Assembly (NCBI GenBank): GCA_948468275.1
Contig: CAOKHI010000004.1
Coordinates: 1 to 61,270 of the forward strand
Reading direction: 5' to 3'
Length of the DNA: 61,270 nt
From: an uncultured Clostridium sp.
GTDB taxonomy: Bacteria > Bacillota > Clostridia > TANB77 > CAG-508
Made by a program: the position numbers and the translations under genes. Of this stretch, positions 23,685 through 33,845 are shown one piece after another. The first letter of the stretch is position 1; each line of letters starts with the position of its first letter. A model generated the notes under the pieces. That model ran no database searches, had not been told where the DNA came from, and saw nothing but the letters and a program-made list of their open reading frames with translations.

Positions 23685-24563
23685 ATGGTTACAGCTGCTA
23701 TAGTTAAAGAACTAAGAGAAAAAACAGGTGCAGGAATGATGGACTGCAAAAAAGTATTAACAGAAACTGATGGTGATATTGAAAAAGCAATTGAATTATT
23801 ACGTGAAAGAGGTATTTCAAAAGCTGCTAAAAAATCAGATAGAATAGCTGCAGAAGGTGTTGTTGCAGCATTTGTAAGTGAAGATGGAAAAATAGGAAGT
23901 GTTGTTGAAGTAAATTCTGAAACAGACTTTGTTGGTAAAAATGAAGAGTTTAGAACATTTGTTGCAGATGTTGCAGAGCAAATAGCAATAGAAGCACCAA
24001 CAGATGTTGAAAGTTTATTAAATCAAAAATCTATTAAAGAACCATCAAAAACAGTAAATGAAGTATTAACAGAAAAAATAGCTACAATAGGAGAAAAATT
24101 AACAATAAGAAGATTTGATAGGTTTGAATCAGCAGGTTTAGTAGAAAAATATATCCATGGAGATGGCAAAATAGGTGTATTAGTAGAATTAGAAAATGGA
24201 GATAATGAACTTGCAAAAGATATTTGTATGCAAATTGCAGCAGCAAAACCAGAATATTTAGATAGACAATCAGTTCCACAAGAACGTGTAGAAAAAGAAA
24301 TGGAAATATTAAAAGTTCAAGCTATGAATGAAGGAAAACCAGCAGAAATAGCAGAAAAAATGGTTCAAGGAAGAATAGGAAAATTTTATTCAGAAATATG
24401 CTTAGTAGAGCAAGGATTTGTAAAGGATCCAGACATGAAAGTATCTAAATTACTAGAATCAAAAGGAGCAAAAATAATAAGATTTGCAAGATTTGAAAAA
24501 GGTGAAGGAATAGAGAAAAAAGAAGAAAATTTTGCTGAAGAAGTTATGAATCAATTAAAATAA
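23685..24563 (+). CDS. tsf: Elongation factor Ts
   Basis: LREKTGAGMMDCKK, EVNSETDFV. Confidence 0.99.
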   Translation: MVTAAIVKELREKTGAGMMDCKKVLTETDGDIEKAIELLRERGISKAAKKSDRIAAEGVVAAFVSEDGKIGSVVEVNSETDFVGKNEEFRTFVADVAEQIAIEAPTDVESLLNQKSIKEPSKTVNEVLTEKIATIGEKLTIRRFDRFESAGLVEKYIHGDGKIGVLVELENGDNELAKDICMQIAAAKPEYLDRQSVPQERVEKEMEILKVQAMNEGKPAEIAEKMVQGRIGKFYSEICLVEQGFVKDPDMKVSKLLESKGAKIIRFARFEKGEGIEKKEENFAEEVMNQLK

Positions 24564-24591
24564 ATAATGTGTATTTGAAAGATTAATTAAT

Positions 24592-24630
24592 AGATGAGAT
24601 GCATCCCTAAATTTTGGGATGCATCTCATT
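24592..24630. terminator. Bidirectional intrinsic terminator
   Basis: ATGAGATGCATCCC...GGGATGCATCTCAT. Confidence 0.8.
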
Positions 24631-24632
24631 TG

Positions 24633-24968
24633 CTATTCATTTTCTATTATTGTTTTGGCTATTTTGTAGATTAATTTTAATTTTTCTGTTGGACAATTTT
24701 TTAGCAAATCATTAAAGTCAGCACTCATATAATTTGTGGATGTATCTGATGTTCCACTTATTATTTTTGCTTCATCTGCTTCTAATATATTGCAGATTTC
24801 ATAGATTCTTTTTAAATTAATTTTTGTACTACCAGTTTCTATTCTACTAATGTATGTGGATGATACATCTAGTATTTCAGCTATATGTTCTTGTGTTATG
24901 TTTTTTTCTAATCTTGCTTGTTTAAGCCTTTTTCCAATAAGCTTATAATCTAATGCCATTTGCATCAC
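24633..24968 (-). CDS. XRE-family HTH transcriptional regulator
   Basis: IGKRLKQAR...TQEHIAE...ISRIETG. Confidence 0.9.
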   Translation of the reverse strand: MMQMALDYKLIGKRLKQARLEKNITQEHIAEILDVSSTYISRIETGSTKINLKRIYEICNILEADEAKIISGTSDTSTNYMSADFNDLLKNCPTEKLKLIYKIAKTIIENE

Positions 24969-25119
24969 CTTCCTTATTAGGTAAATATAGCATTCATAAG
25001 TGAAATTAAACAGAAATATATAGGTTAATATTTACCAATAGTATAAAAATATACTTATATTTATAAAAAAGAATGATAACAAAAAATATTTTATTTAATA
25101 TAATACTTAGGGGTGGAGT

Positions 25120-26370
25120 ATGAATAGTAAAATTTTAAAAGTTATTATTATCTTTATGTTGCTTTTGATTTCATCTTTTGGACTATTATCTGGAGTAGTA
25201 AAGGCTTTAGAGCCGTCAAGTGATGTTATATATAATGGTATAGATGTTAGTACATATCAAGGAAAGATTGATTATGCATCGGTGAAGCAAAGTGGAATTG
25301 ATGTTGTGTATATTAAAGCAAGTGAAGGTACAACATTGGAAGATCCATATTTTAGAATTAATTATGAGAATGCTAAAAGTAATGGAATGAAAGTTGGTTT
25401 TTATCATTTTGTAAGGGCAAGAAGTATTGAAGAGGCAGAAAAAGAGGCTGAGTTTTTTTCTTCTGTAATTTATGGTACTAATCCAGATTGTAGATTGGCA
25501 ATGGATTTTGAAACTTTTGGATATTTGAACAATGATGAAATTAATGATATATCGAAAGTTTTCTTACAAAGGGTTATTAATTTAACTAAAAAACAAATGG
25601 TTATATATAGTGATACATATAATGCAAGAAATATATTCAATAAAGAACTTGCAAGTCAATATCCTTTATGGGTAGCTCAATATGGTGTGGGTAGACCAAG
25701 TGATAATGGTAATTGGAATAATTGGGTAGGTTTCCAATATACAGATGAGGGGCAAATTCCAGGGATAGATGGATATGTGGATAGAGATAAATTTACACAA
25801 GATATATTTTTAGAAGATAATATTCCTATACCAATGCCAGATCCATCTCCAGACCCAGATAAACCTCCTAAGTATGAGTCTAATATATATTATGTTGTTA
25901 AGCCAGGAGATACATTGAGCCATATAGCGCTATGGTATAATACAACAGTTGAAGAATTAGTTAAATTAAATGATATACAAAATCCTAATTTAATATATGT
26001 GGAGCAAAAAATATTAATAACAACATCAGGGGATCCAAATAAAGAAACGCATATAACATACGTTGTGAAAAAAGGAGATACCCTTACAAAACTTGCAATA
26101 AGATATGGAACAACCATTAATTCAATAGTTAAATTAAATAATATAGAAAATCCTAATTTAATATATATAGGGCAAGTATTAACAATAGATATTTCTAAAA
26201 GAAATGATATAGTACAAAATTCACCTGTATATTATAGAGTTAGAAGAGGAGATAGCTTATGGAGAATAGCAAAGAGGTACCATACGAGTGTTTCTTATTT
26301 GGTAAAATTAAACAATATAAAAAATCCGAATAGAATATATGTAGGCCAAGTGCTTACAATAAGTAGATAA
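25120..26370 (+). CDS. GH25 lysozyme with three LysM domains
   Basis: Signal peptide, GIDVS, IKASEG, GFYHF, DFE; three Y.V..GD(T/S)L...NP repeats. Confidence 0.93.
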   Translation: MNSKILKVIIIFMLLLISSFGLLSGVVKALEPSSDVIYNGIDVSTYQGKIDYASVKQSGIDVVYIKASEGTTLEDPYFRINYENAKSNGMKVGFYHFVRARSIEEAEKEAEFFSSVIYGTNPDCRLAMDFETFGYLNNDEINDISKVFLQRVINLTKKQMVIYSDTYNARNIFNKELASQYPLWVAQYGVGRPSDNGNWNNWVGFQYTDEGQIPGIDGYVDRDKFTQDIFLEDNIPIPMPDPSPDPDKPPKYESNIYYVVKPGDTLSHIALWYNTTVEELVKLNDIQNPNLIYVEQKILITTSGDPNKETHITYVVKKGDTLTKLAIRYGTTINSIVKLNNIENPNLIYIGQVLTIDISKRNDIVQNSPVYYRVRRGDSLWRIAKRYHTSVSYLVKLNNIKNPNRIYVGQVLTISR

Positions 26371-26494
26371 TATGTAATAGAAAAATTAGAAAACATTATA
26401 CAATATACACTCTAAAAGTAATAAAAAAAGTACTTGATGTGTGCTGAATTATGTGCTAAAATGTATTAACAAAAAAGTTTAGGAGGTTTACAAG

Positions 26495-26812
26495 ATGTTA
26501 CTAGAAGAAAAAGTGCTGGTGTGGACACCTCACACAGACCTAAAAGGAGGGAAAGGGGTAGTATTCCTTTCCAAAGAACAAGAAAAAGATTCAACGACGA
26601 CTGTATCCTATATTTGGATACCACCACACCGCAGTATTGGTTTGCATAAAAACGAGGATTATGAAGAAACTCTTATTGTTGAAGAAGGTGGTTTAATGAA
26701 AGTGAATGGTAAATATTATGATGAGTATACATGCAAAAAAGGCGAAAGCTATGACTGTTTAAATGATACGAATAAGGATATGTATATCAGATCAACAAAA
26801 ACTATTTGCTAG
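26495..26812 (+). CDS. Cupin-fold protein
   Basis: IPP..SIGLH...EE.LIV.EG cupin-like motif. Confidence 0.6.
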   Translation: MLLEEKVLVWTPHTDLKGGKGVVFLSKEQEKDSTTTVSYIWIPPHRSIGLHKNEDYEETLIVEEGGLMKVNGKYYDEYTCKKGESYDCLNDTNKDMYIRSTKTIC

Positions 26813-26825
26813 GAGATAGTTTGTT

Positions 26826-26865
26826 ACTGAGGAAGGTAGAACAAGTAGTTCTACCTTCCTCAGTA
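26826..26865. terminator. Long hairpin terminator between convergent genes
   Basis: ACTGAGGAAGGTAGAAC...GTTCTACCTTCCTCAGT. Confidence 0.75.
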
Positions 26866-26933
26866 TATATATGTTGAGATTATTTAAAATGTATAGTACT
26901 AGTAATAAATAATTTATTAGTAGTACTATGACA

Positions 26934-27794
26934 TTAAAATTTATAATCGATTACAAATTCTTTTCCTTTTAGATAATTTAAAATGCTACTTTCAGTTGAG
27001 AAATTAAATTTTATTTTATAACTACATAATTGCTGTATTTTACAGTTAAATTTTTTGTTAATCTCATTAATACCATATTTTCCATCTCCAATTATTGGTA
27101 GATTAATATGTGCTAAATGAGCACGTATTTGATGGGTTCTTCCTGTATGAAGATTAACATCAAGCAAACAAGTATTATTTTTGTACTTTTTTAAAACATA
27201 ATATGTTGTAGTAATTTTTTTGTATCCTATTTTAGGGGTATCTGAAATATATACCAATGATTTTTTCGCATCTTTAAATAAGTATGCTGTTAGAGTTTCA
27301 GAAGTTTTATTAGGAAATCCATATACTAGACAAACATAATGTTTTTCAATTTCATGATGTTTGAATTTGCTTAAAAGGATATCTAAGGCTTTATTATTTT
27401 TTGCAAAAATAACAATTCCACAAGTATGTCTATCTAATCTATGACAGGCAAAAATATTATTAGAGTATTTTTGTTGTAAAATAGAGGTAATACTATTTTT
27501 GCCTGTAACTTCTATATCCGTAGGTTTATTAATTATAATAATATTATCATCTTCATATATAATTGGTATATCTAATTTTAAATTACTGTATAAGATATCA
27601 TCAGATATATATATATCAACAGTATTTCCTTTAAATACAGTAACATTTTCATTAACACGTTTATTATTAATACGTATATCTTTTTTTCTAAGAGCTTTAT
27701 ATATAGTATTGATACTTATACTATCGAAATTATCCATTATGAAATTAATCAATTTTTTTCCATTATATTTTTCATTTACTATTAAACTTTTCAT
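26934..27794 (-). CDS. RluA-family pseudouridine synthase with S4-like domain
   Basis: HRLDR, TGRTHQIRAH, PIIGDGKYG. Confidence 0.95.
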   Translation of the reverse strand: MKSLIVNEKYNGKKLINFIMDNFDSISINTIYKALRKKDIRINNKRVNENVTVFKGNTVDIYISDDILYSNLKLDIPIIYEDDNIIIINKPTDIEVTGKNSITSILQQKYSNNIFACHRLDRHTCGIVIFAKNNKALDILLSKFKHHEIEKHYVCLVYGFPNKTSETLTAYLFKDAKKSLVYISDTPKIGYKKITTTYYVLKKYKNNTCLLDVNLHTGRTHQIRAHLAHINLPIIGDGKYGINEINKKFNCKIQQLCSYKIKFNFSTESSILNYLKGKEFVIDYKF

Positions 27795-28051
27795 GTATAT
27801 ATTATACAAATTAAAAAATCCTTTTACAATACCAAAATAAAATTTTACTGTTTATGAAAATAGGTGATATGCAAAAAACGACAAAAATCTTTAATAATGA
27901 TAAAAATTATAGTATAAATAAATAATAAAATTATTTACGGAAAAGGCAATTACACAAAATTGTAATATAAGGAGGTGAAATTACAAGCAAAGTAGAGATG
28001 AAGCAGTAAAAGAGTTACGTAAATAAGAAAATAATAAAAGGAGGATTAAAA

Positions 28052-30541
28052 ATGTCAAATACAGACAAAAAAATAGTTAGTATATTATTATTATGCATAA
28101 TGATAATATCTATACTAATGCCAACACTTACATTTGCAGCAGTTAATGATGAAATAATTAAAGATAGTAAATTAAAAGATGAATTAATTAGGCTTGGGGT
28201 AGACAGTAATAATGATAAGATTATTACAAAGCAAGAAATAGAAAAGTACAAGACATCATATATGAATATACCAGAAGGAGTAAAAGATTTAACAGGATTA
28301 GAATATATTCAAGATTTAGAATATATATCAATGTATTATAATGATAAAGATATGAACTTTGGCAAAATAATTGATAAAATAACAGAAATATGTATAAATT
28401 TTAAAGAAAAAGATCAACAAGCTAATTACGATTTTAATTTTTTAAAAAAATTTAAAAATCTAAAAAGCGTAGAAATTTATGGGGGATATACTTCAAATGA
28501 ACCTAACAGAAATTTTAATTTAGGGGTTCTAAATGAGATAAAAACTTTAGAGAGAATATTAATTACTAATATAAATGGAGAAGTAAATGTAAAGGATATT
28601 AAAGATTGCATTAATGTAAAAGATTTAGAAATTATAGCTAAAAATATTGATTTTGCAGGAATTTCTAATTTTAATAAATTAAATAACTTAAGAATAGAAA
28701 GAGCAGAAGAAATAAAAAATATAAAAGAAATTGAAAAATTAACTACTTTAAAAGAAGTATCAATTTATAATAGTAAACCACTAGATTTATCGATAGTAAG
28801 AAATTCTAAACAATTAGAAAGTATATATTATTATGGTGGTAATGTATCAAAAACTATAGATTTATATTGTCTTAAAGACTTACAACAATTAGAATATATT
28901 AATATTAATAGTGCTACAATAAAAAATATTAATGTAATTAGTACTCTTAAAAATTTAAAACAATTGTATATGTATGGAGTATTATTTAGTCAAGTAGATG
29001 ATTATAAAAATGTTAAATTTAATGACTATACAGCATATTTAGGAGAAACAGGACAATTAAGGGATTGTGAATATTTAGGCCATAAAATTACTTTTGCATC
29101 TAGTTCATATAAAGCTGCTAATAATAATTTGGTAGATTTAAAAGATAATGGACATTTTAAGGCAAATGATTTAGGAGAAACAGAAGTTAGTGTAAATATC
29201 AATAATCAAGTTACAAAGAAATTTAAAATTAAAGTAAATGGAATTTCAGCAAATCAAGCTATTGGAAATAAAATGAAAAGCAATTTTACTGATGCTCAAA
29301 CTGTTTTAAAAGCAAATGGAGATTTGTATAGAGTGTATGCAAAAGATGAAAAAGCAGTTAAACTAAATACAAATGTGCAAAAATATGTCTATGAAAGAAT
29401 ATATGATTACGAAAATGAAAGAATATTCCCATATTCATTAACATTAAAAAAAGATGGTATGGTAGAGTATGAGTTTAATGGAATAAAATCAACAATAAGT
29501 GATGCTAAAGATATTTACAATACAGGGTATTTGACAAATGATGGTACATATTTAGAAATCCAAAGTGATGGAACATGGAAAAAAGTAACTGACAATGTAG
29601 AAAAAATTGTAGGATCATTCATAGTAAAAAAAGATCAAAAAACATATACAATTAATAATAAATTAGTTTGTAATTTTCCAATTAAAATAGCAACTTATTC
29701 AAGTGTGGTAGATACATCAAATAGAGTATGGAAAGTGTATACTGAAGCACCTATAGTTCAAGTAGGAGAAAATTTTGATAGTCTAGTAAATGACTATGTT
29801 TATAAGGATAAATCAGGTGTTTACAGAGATATGTCTTCTGGTAAAGAAGTAACAGATTTGTATAGTTATAGTTATTGGAATGGAATTAGTTTAAAAAAAG
29901 ATGGAAATTTATATTTGAATGATAAATTAGTATTAACAAAGGTAACAAACATAGTATCATATTCAAGCGATGATAGAAGTACTTATTATGATAGTGTTAT
30001 TTATATGATTACAAGAGAAGATGCTAGTATTTGGCTATTATCATTAGCAGGAGAAGGGTCATTAGTAAAAGTACAAGAAACAGAAAGTAGTTTTGCTAAA
30101 AAAGGAGCTTTAACAGAAAAAATAGTAGGATATGAAAATACACTTTCTGGATTTTCCTTTAAAAACCTTTCAATAGAAAATGTTTTTAAAGGAAAATTAC
30201 AAGATGGTTATACAGTAAAGGTTTTTGATGGTGAAAAACAATTAACTGCAAAAGACAAACTTTTTACAGGAGCTACCATAGAAATATATAATGCAAAAGG
30301 TAAAAAAGTAGGTACATATACAGCTTTAGTATATGGAGATGTTCAAGGAAAAGGAGCACCAGGAGTAAAAGATGCTTTAACAATTGTTAAATATAAAATG
30401 GGAAATGATATGAAATTATCTACATTACAATTAGAAGCTGCAAGAGTAACACCAAAAACAAGAAAAACAGCAGGAGAACCATCAACAGCAGATGCTTTAG
30501 CAATAGTAAAAGCAAAATTAGGAAAATATAATATACAATAA
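28052..30541 (+). CDS. Secreted leucine-rich-repeat protein with C-terminal dockerin-like domain
   Basis: Signal peptide; L..L..L repeats; duplicated GDVQGKG...KDALTIVK / PSTADALAIVK ending. Confidence 0.7.
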   Translation: MSNTDKKIVSILLLCIMIISILMPTLTFAAVNDEIIKDSKLKDELIRLGVDSNNDKIITKQEIEKYKTSYMNIPEGVKDLTGLEYIQDLEYISMYYNDKDMNFGKIIDKITEICINFKEKDQQANYDFNFLKKFKNLKSVEIYGGYTSNEPNRNFNLGVLNEIKTLERILITNINGEVNVKDIKDCINVKDLEIIAKNIDFAGISNFNKLNNLRIERAEEIKNIKEIEKLTTLKEVSIYNSKPLDLSIVRNSKQLESIYYYGGNVSKTIDLYCLKDLQQLEYININSATIKNINVISTLKNLKQLYMYGVLFSQVDDYKNVKFNDYTAYLGETGQLRDCEYLGHKITFASSSYKAANNNLVDLKDNGHFKANDLGETEVSVNINNQVTKKFKIKVNGISANQAIGNKMKSNFTDAQTVLKANGDLYRVYAKDEKAVKLNTNVQKYVYERIYDYENERIFPYSLTLKKDGMVEYEFNGIKSTISDAKDIYNTGYLTNDGTYLEIQSDGTWKKVTDNVEKIVGSFIVKKDQKTYTINNKLVCNFPIKIATYSSVVDTSNRVWKVYTEAPIVQVGENFDSLVNDYVYKDKSGVYRDMSSGKEVTDLYSYSYWNGISLKKDGNLYLNDKLVLTKVTNIVSYSSDDRSTYYDSVIYMITREDASIWLLSLAGEGSLVKVQETESSFAKKGALTEKIVGYENTLSGFSFKNLSIENVFKGKLQDGYTVKVFDGEKQLTAKDKLFTGATIEIYNAKGKKVGTYTALVYGDVQGKGAPGVKDALTIVKYKMGNDMKLSTLQLEAARVTPKTRKTAGEPSTADALAIVKAKLGKYNIQ

Positions 30542-30559
30542 AAAACAGGAGTGAATAGA

Positions 30560-31255
30560 ATGAAAAAAATAATTAGTTTAGTATTAATTTTAATTATATT
30601 AATGGGAATGGCAACAATTAGTAATGCAACAATTACAGAAAAAACAGCTAATATAAATGTTGCTGTAAATAAACAAGATGTAACAATAGAAGATGAAGTG
30701 GTTGTTACAGTAAGTTGGAAAGATAAAATGGAAGCAGTAGAATTTTTATTAGGATATGATAAAGATAAATTAGAATATGTATCTAGCTCAATGGATACAG
30801 ATTATATTAAAGTTAAAGATGGAAAAGTAGAAGTAGTATGGATTTCATTAAATGGAAAAGGAATAAATAGTATAACTTTTACATTTAAAGCAAAAACAAA
30901 AGGAAATGCAACATTTACAATATCAGAAGCATTACTTGCAGATGAAAATGTAGAATCACCAGATAGCTATAAATATAATACAAAAACATTAAATATAAAA
31001 GAAAAAGAGGTAAAACCAGAAGAAACTACAAAACCAGAAACACCAAATAAAAATGATACAACAACACAAACACCAAATAATGACAAACAAACAACAACAG
31101 AAACAAAAAAAGATACATCAGCAGTACAAACAACTAAAAAACCAAAAAGATATACACAAGCAGGAACAAATGTAACAAATTATATAATAGGAGCAGTAGT
31201 ACTTACTATTATTGCAACATTTGCGACAGTAGTAATTAAATTAAGAAGAAAATAA
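30560..31255 (+). CDS. Cohesin-like domain protein with sortase-type anchor (YTQAG, TM helix, KLRRK)
   Basis: Signal peptide; F.LGYDKDKLEYV and ITFTFKAK beta-sandwich pattern; P/T-rich linker. Confidence 0.7.
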   Translation: MKKIISLVLILIILMGMATISNATITEKTANINVAVNKQDVTIEDEVVVTVSWKDKMEAVEFLLGYDKDKLEYVSSSMDTDYIKVKDGKVEVVWISLNGKGINSITFTFKAKTKGNATFTISEALLADENVESPDSYKYNTKTLNIKEKEVKPEETTKPETPNKNDTTTQTPNNDKQTTTETKKDTSAVQTTKKPKRYTQAGTNVTNYIIGAVVLTIIATFATVVIKLRRK

Positions 31256-31274
31256 ACTAAAAGGAGAAGAGAAC

Positions 31275-32960
31275 ATGTTAAAAGGAAAATTACTAAGCAT
31301 AAAGTTTTTATATATTTTTATTCTAGTAATGCCATTTTGGTATGGTCTCTTCTTTGAATATACAGCATTTATTGCAGGTGCAATTCTTGTTTGTATATTA
31401 GCAGGAGTTATAATTCAAAAAAAAGAATTAAGGTTTTTTAAAAGTTTAAATTTTATTTTATATTCATGTATAATCACATCATATTTTTTTACAGTATTTT
31501 GGGCAATAGATAAAGCTCAAGCATGGGAGGGATTTTTAAAGTTCCTTCCAAGTGTTATTTTTTTTACTATTTTAATGCAATTAGAAAAGGAAGAAAGAAA
31601 AGGTTTATATAAGTGCATTTCATATAATGTAATCGGAATGTGTGTGTGCTGTTATATATTACAATTTATTCCAAGTATACGACCATCACTTTTTTCTGAA
31701 AATGGAAGATTAATAGGCTTTTTTCAATATTCAAATACATTTGCATTATATCTACTAATTGGATTTATAATTTTATTAAAACAGAAAAATAAGAATATAT
31801 TGGAAAAAATAGGGTTAGTAGTCTTATTAGTTGGGATAATACTTACAGGTAGTAGAACAGTTTTTGTTTTGTTAATACTATTTGGATTTTATAGTATAAT
31901 AAAAAAAAGAAAACAAAAAAAGGAGATATTTTCTATAATTACTATTTTTTTAGTTACTATATTATTATTGGGAATTATTTTACAAATAATAGGTAATTTT
32001 AATTTAATTACTAGATTATTTTCAATTTCACTAAAAGAAAGTACTTTTATTGGAAGAATAATATATAACATAGATGGAATAAGACTACTTATACAACATC
32101 CATTAGGACTTGGATATGGAGGATATGAGTGGATATACCATAGTATACAAACAGCGCAATATAATATTAGATTTGTACATAATGATATTTTGCAACAGGG
32201 TATAGATACAGGAATTGTTCCAATGTTATTATTATTATTTTTAATTATTCATACAATAATAAATAAAAAAAGTTCACAAGTAAATAAGGAAATATTAACT
32301 GTATTATTATTTCATTTATTTTTTGATTTTGATTTACAATTTATTATAATGCATTTTATTTTAGTAATTGCAATTTTTGAAGAAGATGCTATAATTAAAC
32401 AAAATAATTTAGATAGTAAAATTATTTTGATAGTAATTCTTGTGGTGTTATTTAGTACATTTAGCTATTTTGGAATTGCAAATATGGCATTACAAAAAAA
32501 TAATATAAATTTAGCAGAAGAATTATTATCATCTAATACTAATATAAAATTAAATAATTTACAAAATACAATGAAATTAGAAAAAGCAAATAATTTAGCA
32601 GATGAAATTATTAAAAATAACAAATATGTAGTAGATGCGTACAAAGTAAAGGCAACAAATGCGCTTTATGAAGAAAATTGGGAAGAAATGATATATTATC
32701 AAAAACAGGCAATTTTACTACATCCATATGAAGTTAAAGAATATGAAGAATATGTTTTATTAATAAGTCAGGCATTAGATAAAACTGTAAATAAAAATCA
32801 GCAAGAAGAAACACAAGTACTTATACATTATCTTTTAGAGGTAGAAGAGTTACTAAAAAAGGTAGTGCAAAAGACTAATCCATTAGCATATAAAAATAAA
32901 GACAAGCCTGAATTAGAATTAAAGCAAGAAATAAAAGAATATTTATCTAAGTTTAAATAG
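31275..32960 (+). CDS. O-antigen ligase / O-oligosaccharyltransferase-like membrane protein
   Basis: Multiple TM helices, GFFQYSNT, LTGSR, PLGLGYGG, FVHND. Confidence 0.85.
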   Translation: MLKGKLLSIKFLYIFILVMPFWYGLFFEYTAFIAGAILVCILAGVIIQKKELRFFKSLNFILYSCIITSYFFTVFWAIDKAQAWEGFLKFLPSVIFFTILMQLEKEERKGLYKCISYNVIGMCVCCYILQFIPSIRPSLFSENGRLIGFFQYSNTFALYLLIGFIILLKQKNKNILEKIGLVVLLVGIILTGSRTVFVLLILFGFYSIIKKRKQKKEIFSIITIFLVTILLLGIILQIIGNFNLITRLFSISLKESTFIGRIIYNIDGIRLLIQHPLGLGYGGYEWIYHSIQTAQYNIRFVHNDILQQGIDTGIVPMLLLLFLIIHTIINKKSSQVNKEILTVLLFHLFFDFDLQFIIMHFILVIAIFEEDAIIKQNNLDSKIILIVILVVLFSTFSYFGIANMALQKNNINLAEELLSSNTNIKLNNLQNTMKLEKANNLADEIIKNNKYVVDAYKVKATNALYEENWEEMIYYQKQAILLHPYEVKEYEEYVLLISQALDKTVNKNQQEETQVLIHYLLEVEELLKKVVQKTNPLAYKNKDKPELELKQEIKEYLSKFK

Positions 32961-32978
32961 GAGTGAAAAAATTTAAAC

Positions 32979-33614
32979 ATGAAAGAAAAACATAGAAAAG
33001 AAAATAAAAAATTAAAATGGTATATATTAATAATTATATTATTAATACTTATATTTTTTACTGTATATTATTTTATAGTAAAACAAAAAGAGGGAAAAAT
33101 GTTACTATCAAAAGAAAATATAGAGCAAGTAAACATAGTAGAAAATATAATACAAGAAGAAATTCCAAAAATAACAAATACATTGCCTGTACTAAATAAA
33201 GTTGAAGTAAATATGCCAGAAAAAACAGGCAAATATAGAATACTAGGGGAAATAGAAATTCCAAAGATTAATGTAAAAAAATACATAATAGATGAAGCTT
33301 CAGATGAAAGTATAAAAGTATCTGTTGCAAAATTTTGGGGACCCAATATACATGAATCAGGCAATTTTAGCATAATAGGTCACAATTATAAAAAGCATTT
33401 TGGGAAGTTAAAGTATTTAGAAAAAGGAGATACATTTACAATTACATCAAAGGATGGATTTATATGTACATATGAAGTATATGATAGCTTTATTGTAGAA
33501 CCAGATGATATGAAGGATATAGAAGATACTTTAAATGGGCAAAGAGAGGTAACACTTATTACATGTTCTAATGGAGGAACAAAAAGGCTAATTGTAAAGG
33601 CAAAAGGATGCTAG
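32979..33614 (+). CDS. Sortase
   Basis: N-terminal TM helix, IIGHNY, TLITC, downstream RLIV. Confidence 0.92.
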   Translation: MKEKHRKENKKLKWYILIIILLILIFFTVYYFIVKQKEGKMLLSKENIEQVNIVENIIQEEIPKITNTLPVLNKVEVNMPEKTGKYRILGEIEIPKINVKKYIIDEASDESIKVSVAKFWGPNIHESGNFSIIGHNYKKHFGKLKYLEKGDTFTITSKDGFICTYEVYDSFIVEPDDMKDIEDTLNGQREVTLITCSNGGTKRLIVKAKGC

Positions 33615-33616
33615 TT

Positions 33617-33708
33617 GCTATTAATGGTTTTTTACATAAAATCCATTAATAGCTTGCTACATAAGAGGTAAGAGCGATTAGTAATTGCTCTTACCTCTTA
33701 TGTAGCAA
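33617..33708. terminator. Two tandem hairpins after the sortase gene, second with 22-bp perfect arms
   Basis: GCTATTAATGG...CCATTAATAGC then TTGCTACATAAGAGGTAAGAGC...GCTCTTACCTCTTATGTAGCAA. Confidence 0.7.
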
Positions 33709-33845
33709 TTTCATCAAAAATATTGAATTAAAAACAATGATTTTGTAAAAAACAAAAGTTAAATTTTTATTAAAAGTATTTAATTTTTTCCAAATTTGTA
33801 ATATAATAGGCATGCAAACTTTTTATTACAAAGGAGGATTTTTTT

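Noticed and set aside
24633-26370. XRE regulator plus GH25 lysin as a prophage remnant
   Set aside because: The enzyme has a signal peptide and LysM domains, and no holin, integrase or structural genes are nearby.
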